Source: Nitrospinales bacterium
GTDB lineage: Bacteria > Nitrospinota > Nitrospinia > Nitrospinales > VA-1
Assembly (NCBI GenBank): GCA_965223345.1
Contig: CBDCWG010000012.1
Location: forward strand, 2,752,001 to 2,816,000
Direction: 5' to 3'
Length of the DNA: 64,000 nucleotides
In this document: positions 9,851 to 20,374 of the stretch, piece after piece
How positions within the stretch are numbered: the first letter of the stretch is position 1
How the letters are laid out: each line of letters begins with the position of its first letter
Made by a program: the position numbers and the translations under genes
Notes under the pieces: model-generated
Seen by the model: the letters and a program-made list of their open reading frames with translations, nothing else
Databases searched by the model: none
Told to the model about the DNA's origin: nothing

Positions 9851-10583
9851 TAAAGGCGTCGTCCTGAGACGGTTCAACCTGTCGGAAATGGACAAGGTGG
9901 TGACCGTGCTGACGGAGAAGTACGGCCGCGTGAAATGCGTGGCCCGCTCGGCGCGCAGGATCAAGAGCCGCTTTTCCGCTTCGCTGGAACCGCTGTCCTT
10001 CGTCGAGGTGGTGTATTTCGGCAAGGAGCAGCAGGAGCTGTTCAGCCTGAGTCAGGCGGACATCGTAGAATGGCACCCGTCGGTGCGCGAGGACCTGCCC
10101 CGGCTTTATCTGGGGATCTATTTCTGCGAACTCATCGACGCGTTTCTGCCCGAGGCGCATCCGGAGCCGAAGGCCTACGCGCTGCTCGTCGATGCGCTGA
10201 AGGCGCTGGCGGCGGGTGCGGGCCGGGAACCGCTGTGCCGCCTGTTCGAGATGCGGCTGTTGTGCCTGTCGGGATTCCGGCCGGAGCTCAACCGCTGCAC
10301 CGCCTGCGACGCGACCGCGATCAACGGCCGGGTCGGATTCGACGCGTCCCGCAACGGCATCCTGTGCGGCGATTGCATCGCAGACGGGACGCCGCGGTTC
10401 AGCACAGGCACGCTCAATTATCTGAAAAAACTGTTGACCCTGGATGTGCGCAACGCCGGCCGGTTGAAATTTCCCAGGGGAATGGATGCGGACATCGAAC
10501 GGGTGACGCACCGGCAGCTGTTGTCGCATCTGGAACGGGAACTCAAGTCCTATCCGTTTGTCAAATTCCGGCAGACGGGCTGA
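9834..10583 (+). CDS. recO: DNA repair protein RecO
   Basis: GVVLR...EMDKVVTVLTEKYG...ARSARRIKSRF; CTAC...CGDC zinc motif; GTG start. Confidence 0.92.
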   Translation: MGLYHSKGVVLRRFNLSEMDKVVTVLTEKYGRVKCVARSARRIKSRFSASLEPLSFVEVVYFGKEQQELFSLSQADIVEWHPSVREDLPRLYLGIYFCELIDAFLPEAHPEPKAYALLVDALKALAAGAGREPLCRLFEMRLLCLSGFRPELNRCTACDATAINGRVGFDASRNGILCGDCIADGTPRFSTGTLNYLKKLLTLDVRNAGRLKFPRGMDADIERVTHRQLLSHLERELKSYPFVKFRQTG

Positions 10584-10597
10584 AGCGAGGAGGCAAC

Positions 10598-10987
10598 ATG
10601 GATAAACACATCATCAAAACCGATCAGGCGCCTGCGGCCATCGGCCCGTACGAACAGGCTGTGCGCGTGGGTGACTTTTTATTCGTGTCCGGGCAGATTC
10701 CGCTGGACCCGGCCACAGGAGAATTTCTGCAGGGCAGCATCGAAGAGGAAACCGAACGCACGCTGAAAAGCCTCGATGCCATCCTCAAGGCGGCGGGGTT
10801 GACGCTGGATCACGTGGTCAAGACCACGGTGTACCTTTCGGACCTGAACGATTTTTCCCGCATGAACGCGGTGTACGCGACGTTCTTTTCGGAGAGCAAA
10901 CCGGCGCGGGCCTGCGTGCAGGTGGCGGCGCTGCCCAAGGCGTCGAAAATCGAGATCGACGCCATCGCCGTGGCGCGGGAGGGTTGA
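10598..10987 (+). CDS. ridA: RidA/YjgF family enamine deaminase
   Basis: APAAIGPYEQA, SGQIP, VVKTTVYL, PARACV, IEIDAIA; GGAGG RBS. Confidence 0.92.
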   Translation: MDKHIIKTDQAPAAIGPYEQAVRVGDFLFVSGQIPLDPATGEFLQGSIEEETERTLKSLDAILKAAGLTLDHVVKTTVYLSDLNDFSRMNAVYATFFSESKPARACVQVAALPKASKIEIDAIAVAREG

Positions 10988-10991
10988 GCGG

Positions 10992-11417
10992 ATGAAATTT
11001 CCCCGCAGTCCCTACGATAAAGAAGGCGGGCTGGTTTACTTCCCGCGCATGCTGGACAAGATCCGCATGCACCTCGCCGGAAAACTGGGGAACGAATACG
11101 TGCCGCTGCTCGGCAAGGGGTTCGACGGCCGCTGCTGCCGGTTTCTCGGCGTCGCCTACGAAGCGGTGGTGGAAAAGGTGAAACAGGGCTGCGGCGACAC
11201 AGAGATCCTCATCTGGTGCCGCGCCAACGGCCGCAGTCACGACGAGGAAGAAATTCTCGTGTGGAACAGCTTCATGACGAAACGGGCCTGGCGGGATGAG
11301 GACCCCGCGGTGCAGGAAAAACTGGACACGTTCAAACGTGAAGCCGGTCTGGAACACCGGGACGATATCCTCACCTACTTCGATTTTTTCGAAGTGGACG
11401 AAAAAAGAAAACCATGA
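10992..11417 (+). CDS. DUF5069-like protein
   Basis: PRSPY...GGLVYFPRMLDKIR...FD...FLG pattern. Confidence 0.72.
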   Translation: MKFPRSPYDKEGGLVYFPRMLDKIRMHLAGKLGNEYVPLLGKGFDGRCCRFLGVAYEAVVEKVKQGCGDTEILIWCRANGRSHDEEEILVWNSFMTKRAWRDEDPAVQEKLDTFKREAGLEHRDDILTYFDFFEVDEKRKP

Positions 11418-11683
11418 GCAAAAAAAACACCGGCCAGCGCAATTTTTTCCGCTTCATGACCCTGATCGGCGTCGTGGTGATCGGCGGCCTCGGCTACAGC
11501 TTCATCGTCGCCGCGCCCAACCTGAACGACGCCCCCCATCACACCGCCTCGCAGCCGGTCGAGAAATGCCTCGCCTGTCACGTGCAGACGATCGACACCG
11601 CCCCCATCATGCCGCACCGGCCGATGGGTTCGTGCACGTTCTGCCACCGTCCGCAAAAGGAAAATACAGAAACTCAGAAATGA
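11414..11683 (+). CDS. Small membrane-anchored diheme cytochrome c
   Basis: N-terminal TM helix; CLACH and CTFCH; PHH and MPH candidate distal ligands. Confidence 0.78.
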   Translation: MSKKNTGQRNFFRFMTLIGVVVIGGLGYSFIVAAPNLNDAPHHTASQPVEKCLACHVQTIDTAPIMPHRPMGSCTFCHRPQKENTETQK

Positions 11684-13059
11684 ACGCGTGACGGCTTGCC
11701 GACGGGATACACGTTGAAGCCGATGTCGAAGAGTTTCTTGTGGTCGAGGTGGTTTCTGCCGTCGAAAATGAAGGCGGGCTTTTCCATCGAATCGTAAATT
11801 TTCTCGAAATCGAGATCGCGGTACTGTTTCCATTCGGTCAGCAGCGCGATGCCGTGCGCGCCGTTCGCCGCCTCGTAGGGATCCTCGATGAAATTGGCGA
11901 AGCCTTCCAGGCCCTTGAGATCTTTGCGCGCGTTGGGCAGCGCGTGCGGGTCGGTGATGTTGAGCAGCGCCCGCTCTTCCAGCAGCCGCTTGCAGATGAT
12001 GATGGCGGGCGCGTCGCGGGTGTCGCCGGTATCAGGCTTGAAGGCGAAGCCGAAGATGGCGATCTTTTTCTGCACCAGCGTGTTGAACATGGCCTGCAGG
12101 ATGCGTTTGACGAACCGCTCCATCTGGTGATCGTTGATGGAGACCACCTGTTTCCAGAATTCGGCGACTTCGTCGAGCTTGTAATGCTCGCACAGGTAGA
12201 CGAGGTTGAGGATGTCCTTGCGGAAACAGGAGCCGCCGAATCCCACGCCGGCGTTGAGGAATTTGCGGCCCACCCGGCTGTCCTTGCCCACCGCGTTGGC
12301 GACTTCCGACACGTCGGCTTCGGTCGCTTCGCAGATGGCGGAGATGCTGTTGATCGAGGAGATGCGCTGCGCCAGAAAGGCGTTGGAGGCGAGTTTCGAC
12401 AGCTCGCTGCTCCAGACGTTGGTGGTGATGAGCCGTTCCCGCGGCACCCAGTGCAGATAGATTTTCAACAGCTCGTCGCGCGCGGCGATGCCGGCGGCGG
12501 CGTCCTTGGAGCCGATGAGGATGCGGTCCGGCTCTTCCATGTCCTGGATCGCGGTGCCCTCCGCCATGAACTCGGGGTTGGACAGGATCTCAAAACGCGT
12601 ACTGTTGTTGCCGGAATGCAGGATGGTGTCCAGCGTTTCGGCGGCGCGCACGGGAATGGTGCTCTTTTCGATGACGATTTTGTCGGAGCGGGAGTTCTCG
12701 CGGATGCGGCGGGCGGTGTTTTCCATGAACTGCATGTCCGCCGCCTTGCCGGCGCCTTCGCCGAAGGTCTTGGTCGGCGTGTTCACGGAAACGAAGATGA
12801 TGTCCGCCTCGTCGATCTCCTTGTCGATGTCGGTGGAGAAAAACAGATTCTTGCCGCGGGCGTTTTCCACGCGTTCTTTCAGGCCGGGTTCGAAAATCGG
12901 CAGCTCACTGGAATTCCAGGCCGCGATGCGCGGCTCGGAAATATCCACGACGGTGACTTTGTAATCGGGACATTTATTGGCGATCACGGTCATGGTGGGG
13001 CCGCCCACGTAACCCGCACCGATGCAGACGATGTTCTTGTAGAAAGTTTTGCCGCTCAT
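11674..13059 (-). CDS. ugd: UDP-glucose 6-dehydrogenase
   Basis: IGAGYVGGPT, EKSTIP, SNPEF, GFGGSCF, FAFKPDTGDTR, FDGRN. Confidence 0.95.
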   Translation of the reverse strand: MSGKTFYKNIVCIGAGYVGGPTMTVIANKCPDYKVTVVDISEPRIAAWNSSELPIFEPGLKERVENARGKNLFFSTDIDKEIDEADIIFVSVNTPTKTFGEGAGKAADMQFMENTARRIRENSRSDKIVIEKSTIPVRAAETLDTILHSGNNSTRFEILSNPEFMAEGTAIQDMEEPDRILIGSKDAAAGIAARDELLKIYLHWVPRERLITTNVWSSELSKLASNAFLAQRISSINSISAICEATEADVSEVANAVGKDSRVGRKFLNAGVGFGGSCFRKDILNLVYLCEHYKLDEVAEFWKQVVSINDHQMERFVKRILQAMFNTLVQKKIAIFGFAFKPDTGDTRDAPAIIICKRLLEERALLNITDPHALPNARKDLKGLEGFANFIEDPYEAANGAHGIALLTEWKQYRDLDFEKIYDSMEKPAFIFDGRNHLDHKKLFDIGFNVYPVGKPSRVHF

Positions 13060-13107
13060 TCTGTCTCCTCAGCCCCCGGTGTGAAAGATAAAAACAGGTA
13101 GGTAAAT

Positions 13108-13147
13108 AAAAAAAAGGCCCGGTCTGTTTGCAGACCGGACCTCTTTT
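13108..13147 (-). terminator. Intrinsic terminator after the c554-like gene
   Basis: Minus strand GGTCCGGTCTG-CAAA-CAGACCGGGCC followed by a T run. Confidence 0.8.
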
Positions 13148-13168
13148 CAGATCAAGCGATGCCAGGAA

Positions 13169-13999
13169 TCATTTTTGATATTTGAATTCCTTTTTCTTGA
13201 AGCTGTAGGGCATCTTTTTCTTGTTGAACACGAGCTTGTCTTTTTTGACGATGAAGTCCTCGATGACCAGAGGCGTTTCCTCGGACTTGGCTTTCTCCTT
13301 CTTGCGGTCGTCTACCTTTTCCAGCTTCTGGTCTTCGTTGTCCTCGCTCCAGTATTTTTCGGTCGGATGGACCTTCTTTTTGCGCTCTTCAAAGTCGAAC
13401 TTGTATTTTTCGTGCACGTCCGGCTGGAACGGCGTGCGCTTGTGCGTGTGGCAGCGGGTGCACACGTTGGCGTAGTCCCAGCGTTGCCCGTATTTCTCGA
13501 TGTCGGCTTTCGTGAAGTCCCCCTTGGTGTTCTTCATGACCACGCGGAACTGCGAGCCGCCGGCAACGGAGTGACACATCTCGCAGCCCACCTGCTCCAG
13601 ATTGGGTTCTTCCGGATCGATGGTGGAGCCGATGTCTTTACCCTTTTTGTTTTTCGTGCCCGGCGGTTTGAAACCGCCTGCCTGCCGGTAGCCGGTGGTG
13701 TGGCAACGCAGACAGAGCGGGTTGTTGGTGTAGTCTTTCTGCGGGTCGAGTTTGACGCGTTTTTTTGCCTCTTCACGCACGCCGGGTTTCAACAGTTCGT
13801 AAGTTTTACCGTGCGGTGATTCTTTCCACGCCTGGTAATAAGGATCGTGACAGCTGCCGTTGCATTTGACCGCACCGACGAAAGAAGGCTTTTTGGGAAT
13901 TTTCTTTTTCTTCTTTTTGGCGTCGGCTTCGCCGGCTCCCGACAGAACGATCACGGCGGCAATCAAAACTAGGCTCAAAAACTTGATGGTCTTACCCAT
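13169..13999 (-). CDS. Tetraheme cytochrome c554-like protein, periplasmic
   Basis: Signal peptide; CNGSCH, CLRCH, CEMCH, CTRCH; LKPGVREEAK..KLDP.KDYT and TPF.P.V..KY.F.F segments recall CycA of ammonia oxidisers; GGGAGG RBS. Confidence 0.88.
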   Translation of the reverse strand: MGKTIKFLSLVLIAAVIVLSGAGEADAKKKKKKIPKKPSFVGAVKCNGSCHDPYYQAWKESPHGKTYELLKPGVREEAKKRVKLDPQKDYTNNPLCLRCHTTGYRQAGGFKPPGTKNKKGKDIGSTIDPEEPNLEQVGCEMCHSVAGGSQFRVVMKNTKGDFTKADIEKYGQRWDYANVCTRCHTHKRTPFQPDVHEKYKFDFEERKKKVHPTEKYWSEDNEDQKLEKVDDRKKEKAKSEETPLVIEDFIVKKDKLVFNKKKMPYSFKKKEFKYQK

Positions 14000-14059
14000 T
14001 ATTTCCTCCCAGGTGCGGAAAAAGGAACGAAAGGCAATGTGCGTCGAAACAAAGTGGGA

Positions 14060-14088
14060 AGAATAAACCAAAACCGCAAAGGGGTCAA
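14060..14088 (-). promoter_or_regulatory. Sigma70-type promoter of the c554-like gene
   Basis: TTGACC-17 nt-TATTCT on the minus strand. Confidence 0.6.
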
Positions 14089-14306
14089 GCCCGATTTCGG
14101 ATAACTTCTTGTAAACACAGGTTTCCTCATGCAGGGTCCCGCAGACCCCCTCCCACACTCCCGCCTGGTTTGTGTGCAAATACTATTGCAACTTGAATGC
14201 CGCAAACTGGAAAAACCTTACAGCGAAGCTTATCAATCGGTTATTATCCCTGCGGGTTTGTATTCGAGATGTCCTGTCCCAATCTGAAACGCGTTTGTGT
14301 GCCGAA

Positions 14307-15344
14307 ATGAAACTGTCCGAATTCGATTTTGAACTTCCCCCGGAGCTCATCGCCCAAGCCCCCGCTTCCAAACGCGACGGATCGCGGCTGCTGGTGTACG
14401 ACCGCAGGACGCAGACGATCGCACATGCAGTGTTTGCGGACCTGCCCGCGTTTCTGCCGCAGCGGGCGCTGCTTGTGTTCAACGACACGCGGGTACTGCC
14501 GGCCAAGCTGATCGGGAATTTCAAAGAAAGCGGAAAAAAGGTGGAACTGCTGCTGGTGCGGGAGCGCGCGCCGAAATGCTGGGAGGCGCTGCTCAAGGGC
14601 GTCGGCCGCCTGACGCCGGGCACCGGGCTCGAGTTCGGCGGCGGCGCTCTCAAAGCGGTGTTCCGCGAGCGGTCCGGCGACCGGGGCCTGTTCGATCTGC
14701 ACTACGAGGGCGAGCTTGCGGCCATCCTGAAGCGGATCGCCTTCGCGCCGCTGCCGCCTTATATCCAGCGAAAGGAGACGCAGCAGGACGGAACACGCAC
14801 GGAGGATCAGGCGCGCTACCAGACAGTGTACGCCGCCTCGGAGGGGGCGATCGCCGCGCCCACGGCGGGGCTGCATTTCACCGGGGAAATGCTCGCTTCC
14901 CTGGAACAGGACAAGATTTTCGTGACGCTGCACGTGGGGGTCGGCACCTTCCAGCCGATCCGGGTGGAGACGGTGACGCAGCACAAAATGGAGCCCGAGT
15001 TTTACAGGGTGTCGGCTGAGGCCGCGAGCAAGCTGCATGCGGCCAAACAGGCCGGTCAGCCGATTCTGGCCGTGGGCAGCACGTCAACGCGGGTGCTGGA
15101 GTCGCTGGATCTAGATGTGGAAATCAAAGAAGAGAGAACGGGCTGGACGGACCGGTTTCTCTATCCGGGTCAGCCGTTTAAAAACGTGGATCACCTGCTG
15201 ACAAATTTTCATTTGCCCAAATCCACTTTGTATTTGCTGGTGTGTGCGTTTGCCGGAAAGGGGGCGATGGAAAGGGCCTATCAGGAAGCCATCCAAAAGG
15301 GATACCGCTTTTTCAGCTATGGGGACGCCATGTTGATCCTTTGA
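14307..15344 (+). CDS. queA: S-adenosylmethionine:tRNA ribosyltransferase-isomerase
   Basis: FDFELPPELIAQ, PLPPYI, RYQTVYA, AAPTAGLHF, LHVGVGTF, TNFHLPKS, YRFFSYGDAM. Confidence 0.97.
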   Translation: MKLSEFDFELPPELIAQAPASKRDGSRLLVYDRRTQTIAHAVFADLPAFLPQRALLVFNDTRVLPAKLIGNFKESGKKVELLLVRERAPKCWEALLKGVGRLTPGTGLEFGGGALKAVFRERSGDRGLFDLHYEGELAAILKRIAFAPLPPYIQRKETQQDGTRTEDQARYQTVYAASEGAIAAPTAGLHFTGEMLASLEQDKIFVTLHVGVGTFQPIRVETVTQHKMEPEFYRVSAEAASKLHAAKQAGQPILAVGSTSTRVLESLDLDVEIKEERTGWTDRFLYPGQPFKNVDHLLTNFHLPKSTLYLLVCAFAGKGAMERAYQEAIQKGYRFFSYGDAMLIL

Positions 15345-15405
15345 CGCAAGGACCGGGGCCGTGGAGGCGTCTCCACGGGGATGTTTCAGGTGCTCCGGAA
15401 GGGGG

Positions 15406-15687
15406 TCACCCTTCCTGGTTGACAGCCTGCTTGAAGTGTTTTCCGGATTTGAAGCGTACCACTTTACGCGCCGTGATTTCAGCTTCTTCACCGGTTTTGG
15501 GATTGCGGCCGACACGTTTGGATTTCTGCCGCACTTGAAAGGTGCCAAACCGGCGCAAAATCACAGGCTCGCCATGACCCAGCGATTCTTTGATCAACTC
15601 GATAACCGTCTCGACCGCTTCTTCAGCTTTTGACCTGGACAGGCTGGCGCGGGAAGAAACTTGATTGATAATATCCTGCTTGGTCAT
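15406..15687 (-). CDS. IHF/HU family DNA-binding protein (IHF-alpha-like)
   Basis: MTKQDI, FGTF, RVGRNPKTGEE, RKVVRFK. Confidence 0.92.
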   Translation of the reverse strand: MTKQDIINQVSSRASLSRSKAEEAVETVIELIKESLGHGEPVILRRFGTFQVRQKSKRVGRNPKTGEEAEITARKVVRFKSGKHFKQAVNQEG

Positions 15688-16294
15688 GGCCCCTCCTTGA
15701 GAAAGACAAATTAATATTTTATTTTCAAATCGTTCGCGGCATTCGACCGGTTTTTCATCTGGGTCGGCCCGGCACCCCTGCGAGCCCGGCTCTGTTGTGC
15801 AAAAACCTTCGAAATTCGCCCCTCCAAAACTGGAGGGCTAATTGTTCAATATTTGTCTGAAAAACGCAATCAAAATCCGAGAACCAAAGCCGGGGCCTTT
15901 TTAATCTGGAATCCTGCCACGATTTCTGCCCGCAAGGAATCCACCCCAATTCTTTCCCTTATGTAGATTTATCCACTTTACCACTTATATTAAAAATTTC
16001 AATACCTTAATCCACTTTTTCCTGTCTTTTTTCTTCTACTCAAATGATTTCAAATAATTAAGATTAACCTTTTTTAATGAAAATCCCGAATCCGGGCGGC
16101 TCGAAATGGGCTGAAAAACCGGGGCTTCGCGATTTTCGGCGGAAAAGGGCAAAAATCGAGGCGGTGAAAACGCCTTAAATTATTGTATTTATTAATTTTA
16201 TTTAATTTTTGCCGGCGCGGCGCGGAGTTCGGATATTCTGAGGGGCGAAATTACCGGGGTTTTTGCGGTGAAAAAATAATCGGGCGGGGGGCGG

Positions 16295-16582
16295 TCAGTC
16301 CTTTTTTTTGACGATCTGGTACACCGTTTCGCCGGGTTTGACCAGATTCAGCTTTTCCCGGGCGATCTTTTCGACGGCGCGGGGGTCGGACTTCAAGCCT
16401 TCGATCTCGGCGCGGATGCGGGTGTTTTCTTTTTTCAGCGATTCGTTGCTCTGCTTGAGCTGAATGATTTCCTTTTCCAGCTCGAACACGGTGAGAATGC
16501 CGTCGTCGTGAAACACGGCAACAAGCAGCATCACCACGAAAAAGATGAGGCCGAAAACGATGCTTTGCTTGTACAGGTTCAT
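16295..16582 (-). CDS. ftsB: Septum formation initiator FtsB/DivIC
   Basis: TM plus coiled coil, EKIAREKLNLVKPGE; downstream of eno. Confidence 0.85.
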   Translation of the reverse strand: MNLYKQSIVFGLIFFVVMLLVAVFHDDGILTVFELEKEIIQLKQSNESLKKENTRIRAEIEGLKSDPRAVEKIAREKLNLVKPGETVYQIVKKKD

Positions 16583-16655
16583 GGGCGTGGGGCGTTTCTC
16601 TCCTTCAGCGTTGATTCGAGGCCGGATGAGTGGGGAGAGGGAATGCGGCTGCGTG

Positions 16656-17963
<1,308 letters not shown>

Positions 17964-19253
17964 TCAGCCTTTGGCTTTTTTCAGGGCCTTGTGGTGGGCC
18001 TGGATGGTTTTTGCGATGTCTTCTTCTGTGTGCACCGCCGACATGAAACCCGCCTCGAACTGGGAGGGCGCGATGTACACGCCTTCTTCGAGCAGGGCGT
18101 TGAAGTAACGCTGGAACAGGCCGGTGTCGCAGGATTTCACCGAATCGAAGTTGACGATCGTTTCATGGGTGAAAAACATCGAGAACATCGACCCGACGCG
18201 TGTGAACCGGGCTTCGATTCCCAGCTGCCTGGCGTTTTCCTTGAAACCGGAGCACAGCGCGTCGGCTTTTTTCTCGAGATCCTCGTACACGCCCTCGCCG
18301 GACAGCAGATTGACCATCTGGTTGCCGGCGGCCATCGCCAGCGGGTTGCCGGACAGGGTGCCCGCCTGATAGACCGCGCCGGTCGGGGCGATCAAGTCCA
18401 TCCATTTTTTCGCGCCGCCGTAAGCGCCGACCGGCAGGCCGCCGCCGATGATCTTGCCGAGGCAGGTGAGATCGGGCGTGACGCCGTACAGGGTCTGGGC
18501 GCCGCCGAGGCCCACGCGGAATCCGGTGATGACTTCATCGAAGATGAGCAGCGCGCCGGCTTTCTCTGTGACGCTGCGCAGCGTTTCCAGGAATCCCGGC
18601 TGCGGCGGCACGACGCCCATGTTGCCGCCGATGGGCTCGACGATGACGCAGGCGATGCCCTCCCCTTCCTTGGCGAACAGATCTTCGACCGCTTTCGCGT
18701 CGTTGAACGGCAGGTTGAGGGTGTTTTTAGCTAGGTCGGCGACGATGCCCGGGCATTCGGGAATGCCCAGCGAAGCCAGCCCGGAGCCCGCCTTGACCAG
18801 CATGCTGTCGCCGTGGCCGTGGTAGCAGCCTTCGAATTTGAGGATCTTGTCGCGGCCGGTGGCGCCGCGCGCCAGGCGAATGGCGCTCATCACCGCTTCG
18901 GTGCCGGAGTTCACCATGCGCACCACTTCCACCGATGGCAGGGCGCGCACCACTTTTTCTGCCAGCTCGATTTCCAGCTCGGTGGACGCGCCGTAACTGG
19001 TGCCGCGCTCCGCCTGTTTGTGAATGGCGGCGACGATGTCCGGATGGGCGTGGCCGAATATCAGCGGCCCCCACGAGGCCACGTAGTCGATGAAATCGTT
19101 GCCGTCCACATCGTAGATGCGCGCCCCTTGCGCGCGGTCGATGAACAGCGGGTTGCCGCCGACGGCCTTGAAAGCCCGCACCGGGCTGTTGACGCCGCCC
19201 GGCATCACTTTCTGGGCGCGCGAGAAAAAAACTTCAGACTGTTTGCGGTTCAC
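17964..19253 (-). CDS. hemL: Glutamate-1-semialdehyde 2,1-aminomutase
   Basis: [50 protein letters not shown]. Confidence 0.97.
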   Translation of the reverse strand: MNRKQSEVFFSRAQKVMPGGVNSPVRAFKAVGGNPLFIDRAQGARIYDVDGNDFIDYVASWGPLIFGHAHPDIVAAIHKQAERGTSYGASTELEIELAEKVVRALPSVEVVRMVNSGTEAVMSAIRLARGATGRDKILKFEGCYHGHGDSMLVKAGSGLASLGIPECPGIVADLAKNTLNLPFNDAKAVEDLFAKEGEGIACVIVEPIGGNMGVVPPQPGFLETLRSVTEKAGALLIFDEVITGFRVGLGGAQTLYGVTPDLTCLGKIIGGGLPVGAYGGAKKWMDLIAPTGAVYQAGTLSGNPLAMAAGNQMVNLLSGEGVYEDLEKKADALCSGFKENARQLGIEARFTRVGSMFSMFFTHETIVNFDSVKSCDTGLFQRYFNALLEEGVYIAPSQFEAGFMSAVHTEEDIAKTIQAHHKALKKAKG

Positions 19254-19347
19254 TTTTAAAAGGGCCTTATTAAAATCAATATTGTTATTTCAGGCAACTC
19301 GCCGGCCCTCAAAAAGGGCCGCTTCGTGCCACACGTCTTTTTCCGAT

Positions 19348-20208
19348 TTATCCTGAATTTCCAAATAAAAGGGCGAGGTCTTCTCTGAGTCCGGCGGGGA
19401 TCCGCTTGGGATCCGTGATGACGGCGTGGGTTGCCGCGGAGCCGCAGGCGCAGCCCCTTTCCGCTTTCACCTCTGTCACGAGTTCCTTCAGCACGACCTG
19501 AGCGCGTTCGACATTTTTGTGCATGATTTCCAGCACCGCTTCCACGGTGACGGCTTCCTCCTCGACGTGCCAGCAGTCGTAGTCCGTGACCAGCGCCAGC
19601 GTAGCGTAGCAGATTCCGGCCTCGCGCGCCAGCTTTGCCTCGGTGACGTTGGTCATGCCGATCACATCGACGCCCCATTGCCGGTACAGATGAGATTCGG
19701 CGCGGGTGGAGAACTGCGGCCCCTCGATGCAGATGTAGGTGCCGCCCGCGTGCACCTCGGTGCCGGACTTTTTCGCGGCGGCGGTGAGCCAGGGGGCCAG
19801 TTCCGGGCAGATGGGGTCGGCGAAGCCGACGTGCCCGACCATGCCGGTGGTGAAAAACGTGCTGATCCTGCGGGTCGTGCGGTCGATGAACTGGTCCGGA
19901 ACGGCGAAATGCCCCGGCGCGATGCCCTCTTTCATGCTGCCCACGGCGCTGATCGAGACGATGCGCTTCACGCCGAGCTTTTTCATGGCGAAGATGTTGG
20001 CGCGGAAGTTGATCTCCGAGGGCGGGATGAAATGACCGCTGCCGTGACGCGGGATGAAGGCGAGCGATCGGTCGTTCAATTCGCCCATCACCACCTCGTC
20101 GGAAGGGCTTCCGAACGGGGTTTCGACCGCCAGCCGCTCGCGCACGGTCAATTCCTTCATCTGATACAAGCCGCTGCCGCCGATCACGCCCAGTATTTCA
20201 TCACTCAT
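19348..20208 (-). CDS. mtnP: S-methyl-5'-thioadenosine phosphorylase
   Basis: GVIGGSG, RHG..H, PDQFID, EGPQFSTRAES, IGMT, VTDYDCW. Confidence 0.93.
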   Translation of the reverse strand: MSDEILGVIGGSGLYQMKELTVRERLAVETPFGSPSDEVVMGELNDRSLAFIPRHGSGHFIPPSEINFRANIFAMKKLGVKRIVSISAVGSMKEGIAPGHFAVPDQFIDRTTRRISTFFTTGMVGHVGFADPICPELAPWLTAAAKKSGTEVHAGGTYICIEGPQFSTRAESHLYRQWGVDVIGMTNVTEAKLAREAGICYATLALVTDYDCWHVEEEAVTVEAVLEIMHKNVERAQVVLKELVTEVKAERGCACGSAATHAVITDPKRIPAGLREDLALLFGNSG

Positions 20209-20374
20209 GCCGCCTCTCCTCGTTCGCTGGTTGCCGATGGGCCTCCACTATAAACCATGTGACGAAAAAATCCTCGCTGCAATTGCGGTCCCGGCGGCGC
20301 GGGGAGCCGATTGCGGGCGTTTTGAGGGTTTGGGATATAGAGTTCGCAGGGCGGGAGGGTCAAAGGCGGGGGAA

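Noticed and set aside
15950..16080. Possible oriC (AT-rich, TTATCCACT at about 15969)
   Set aside because: Only one near-match DnaA box, no cluster, and no dnaA/dnaN/gidA context.
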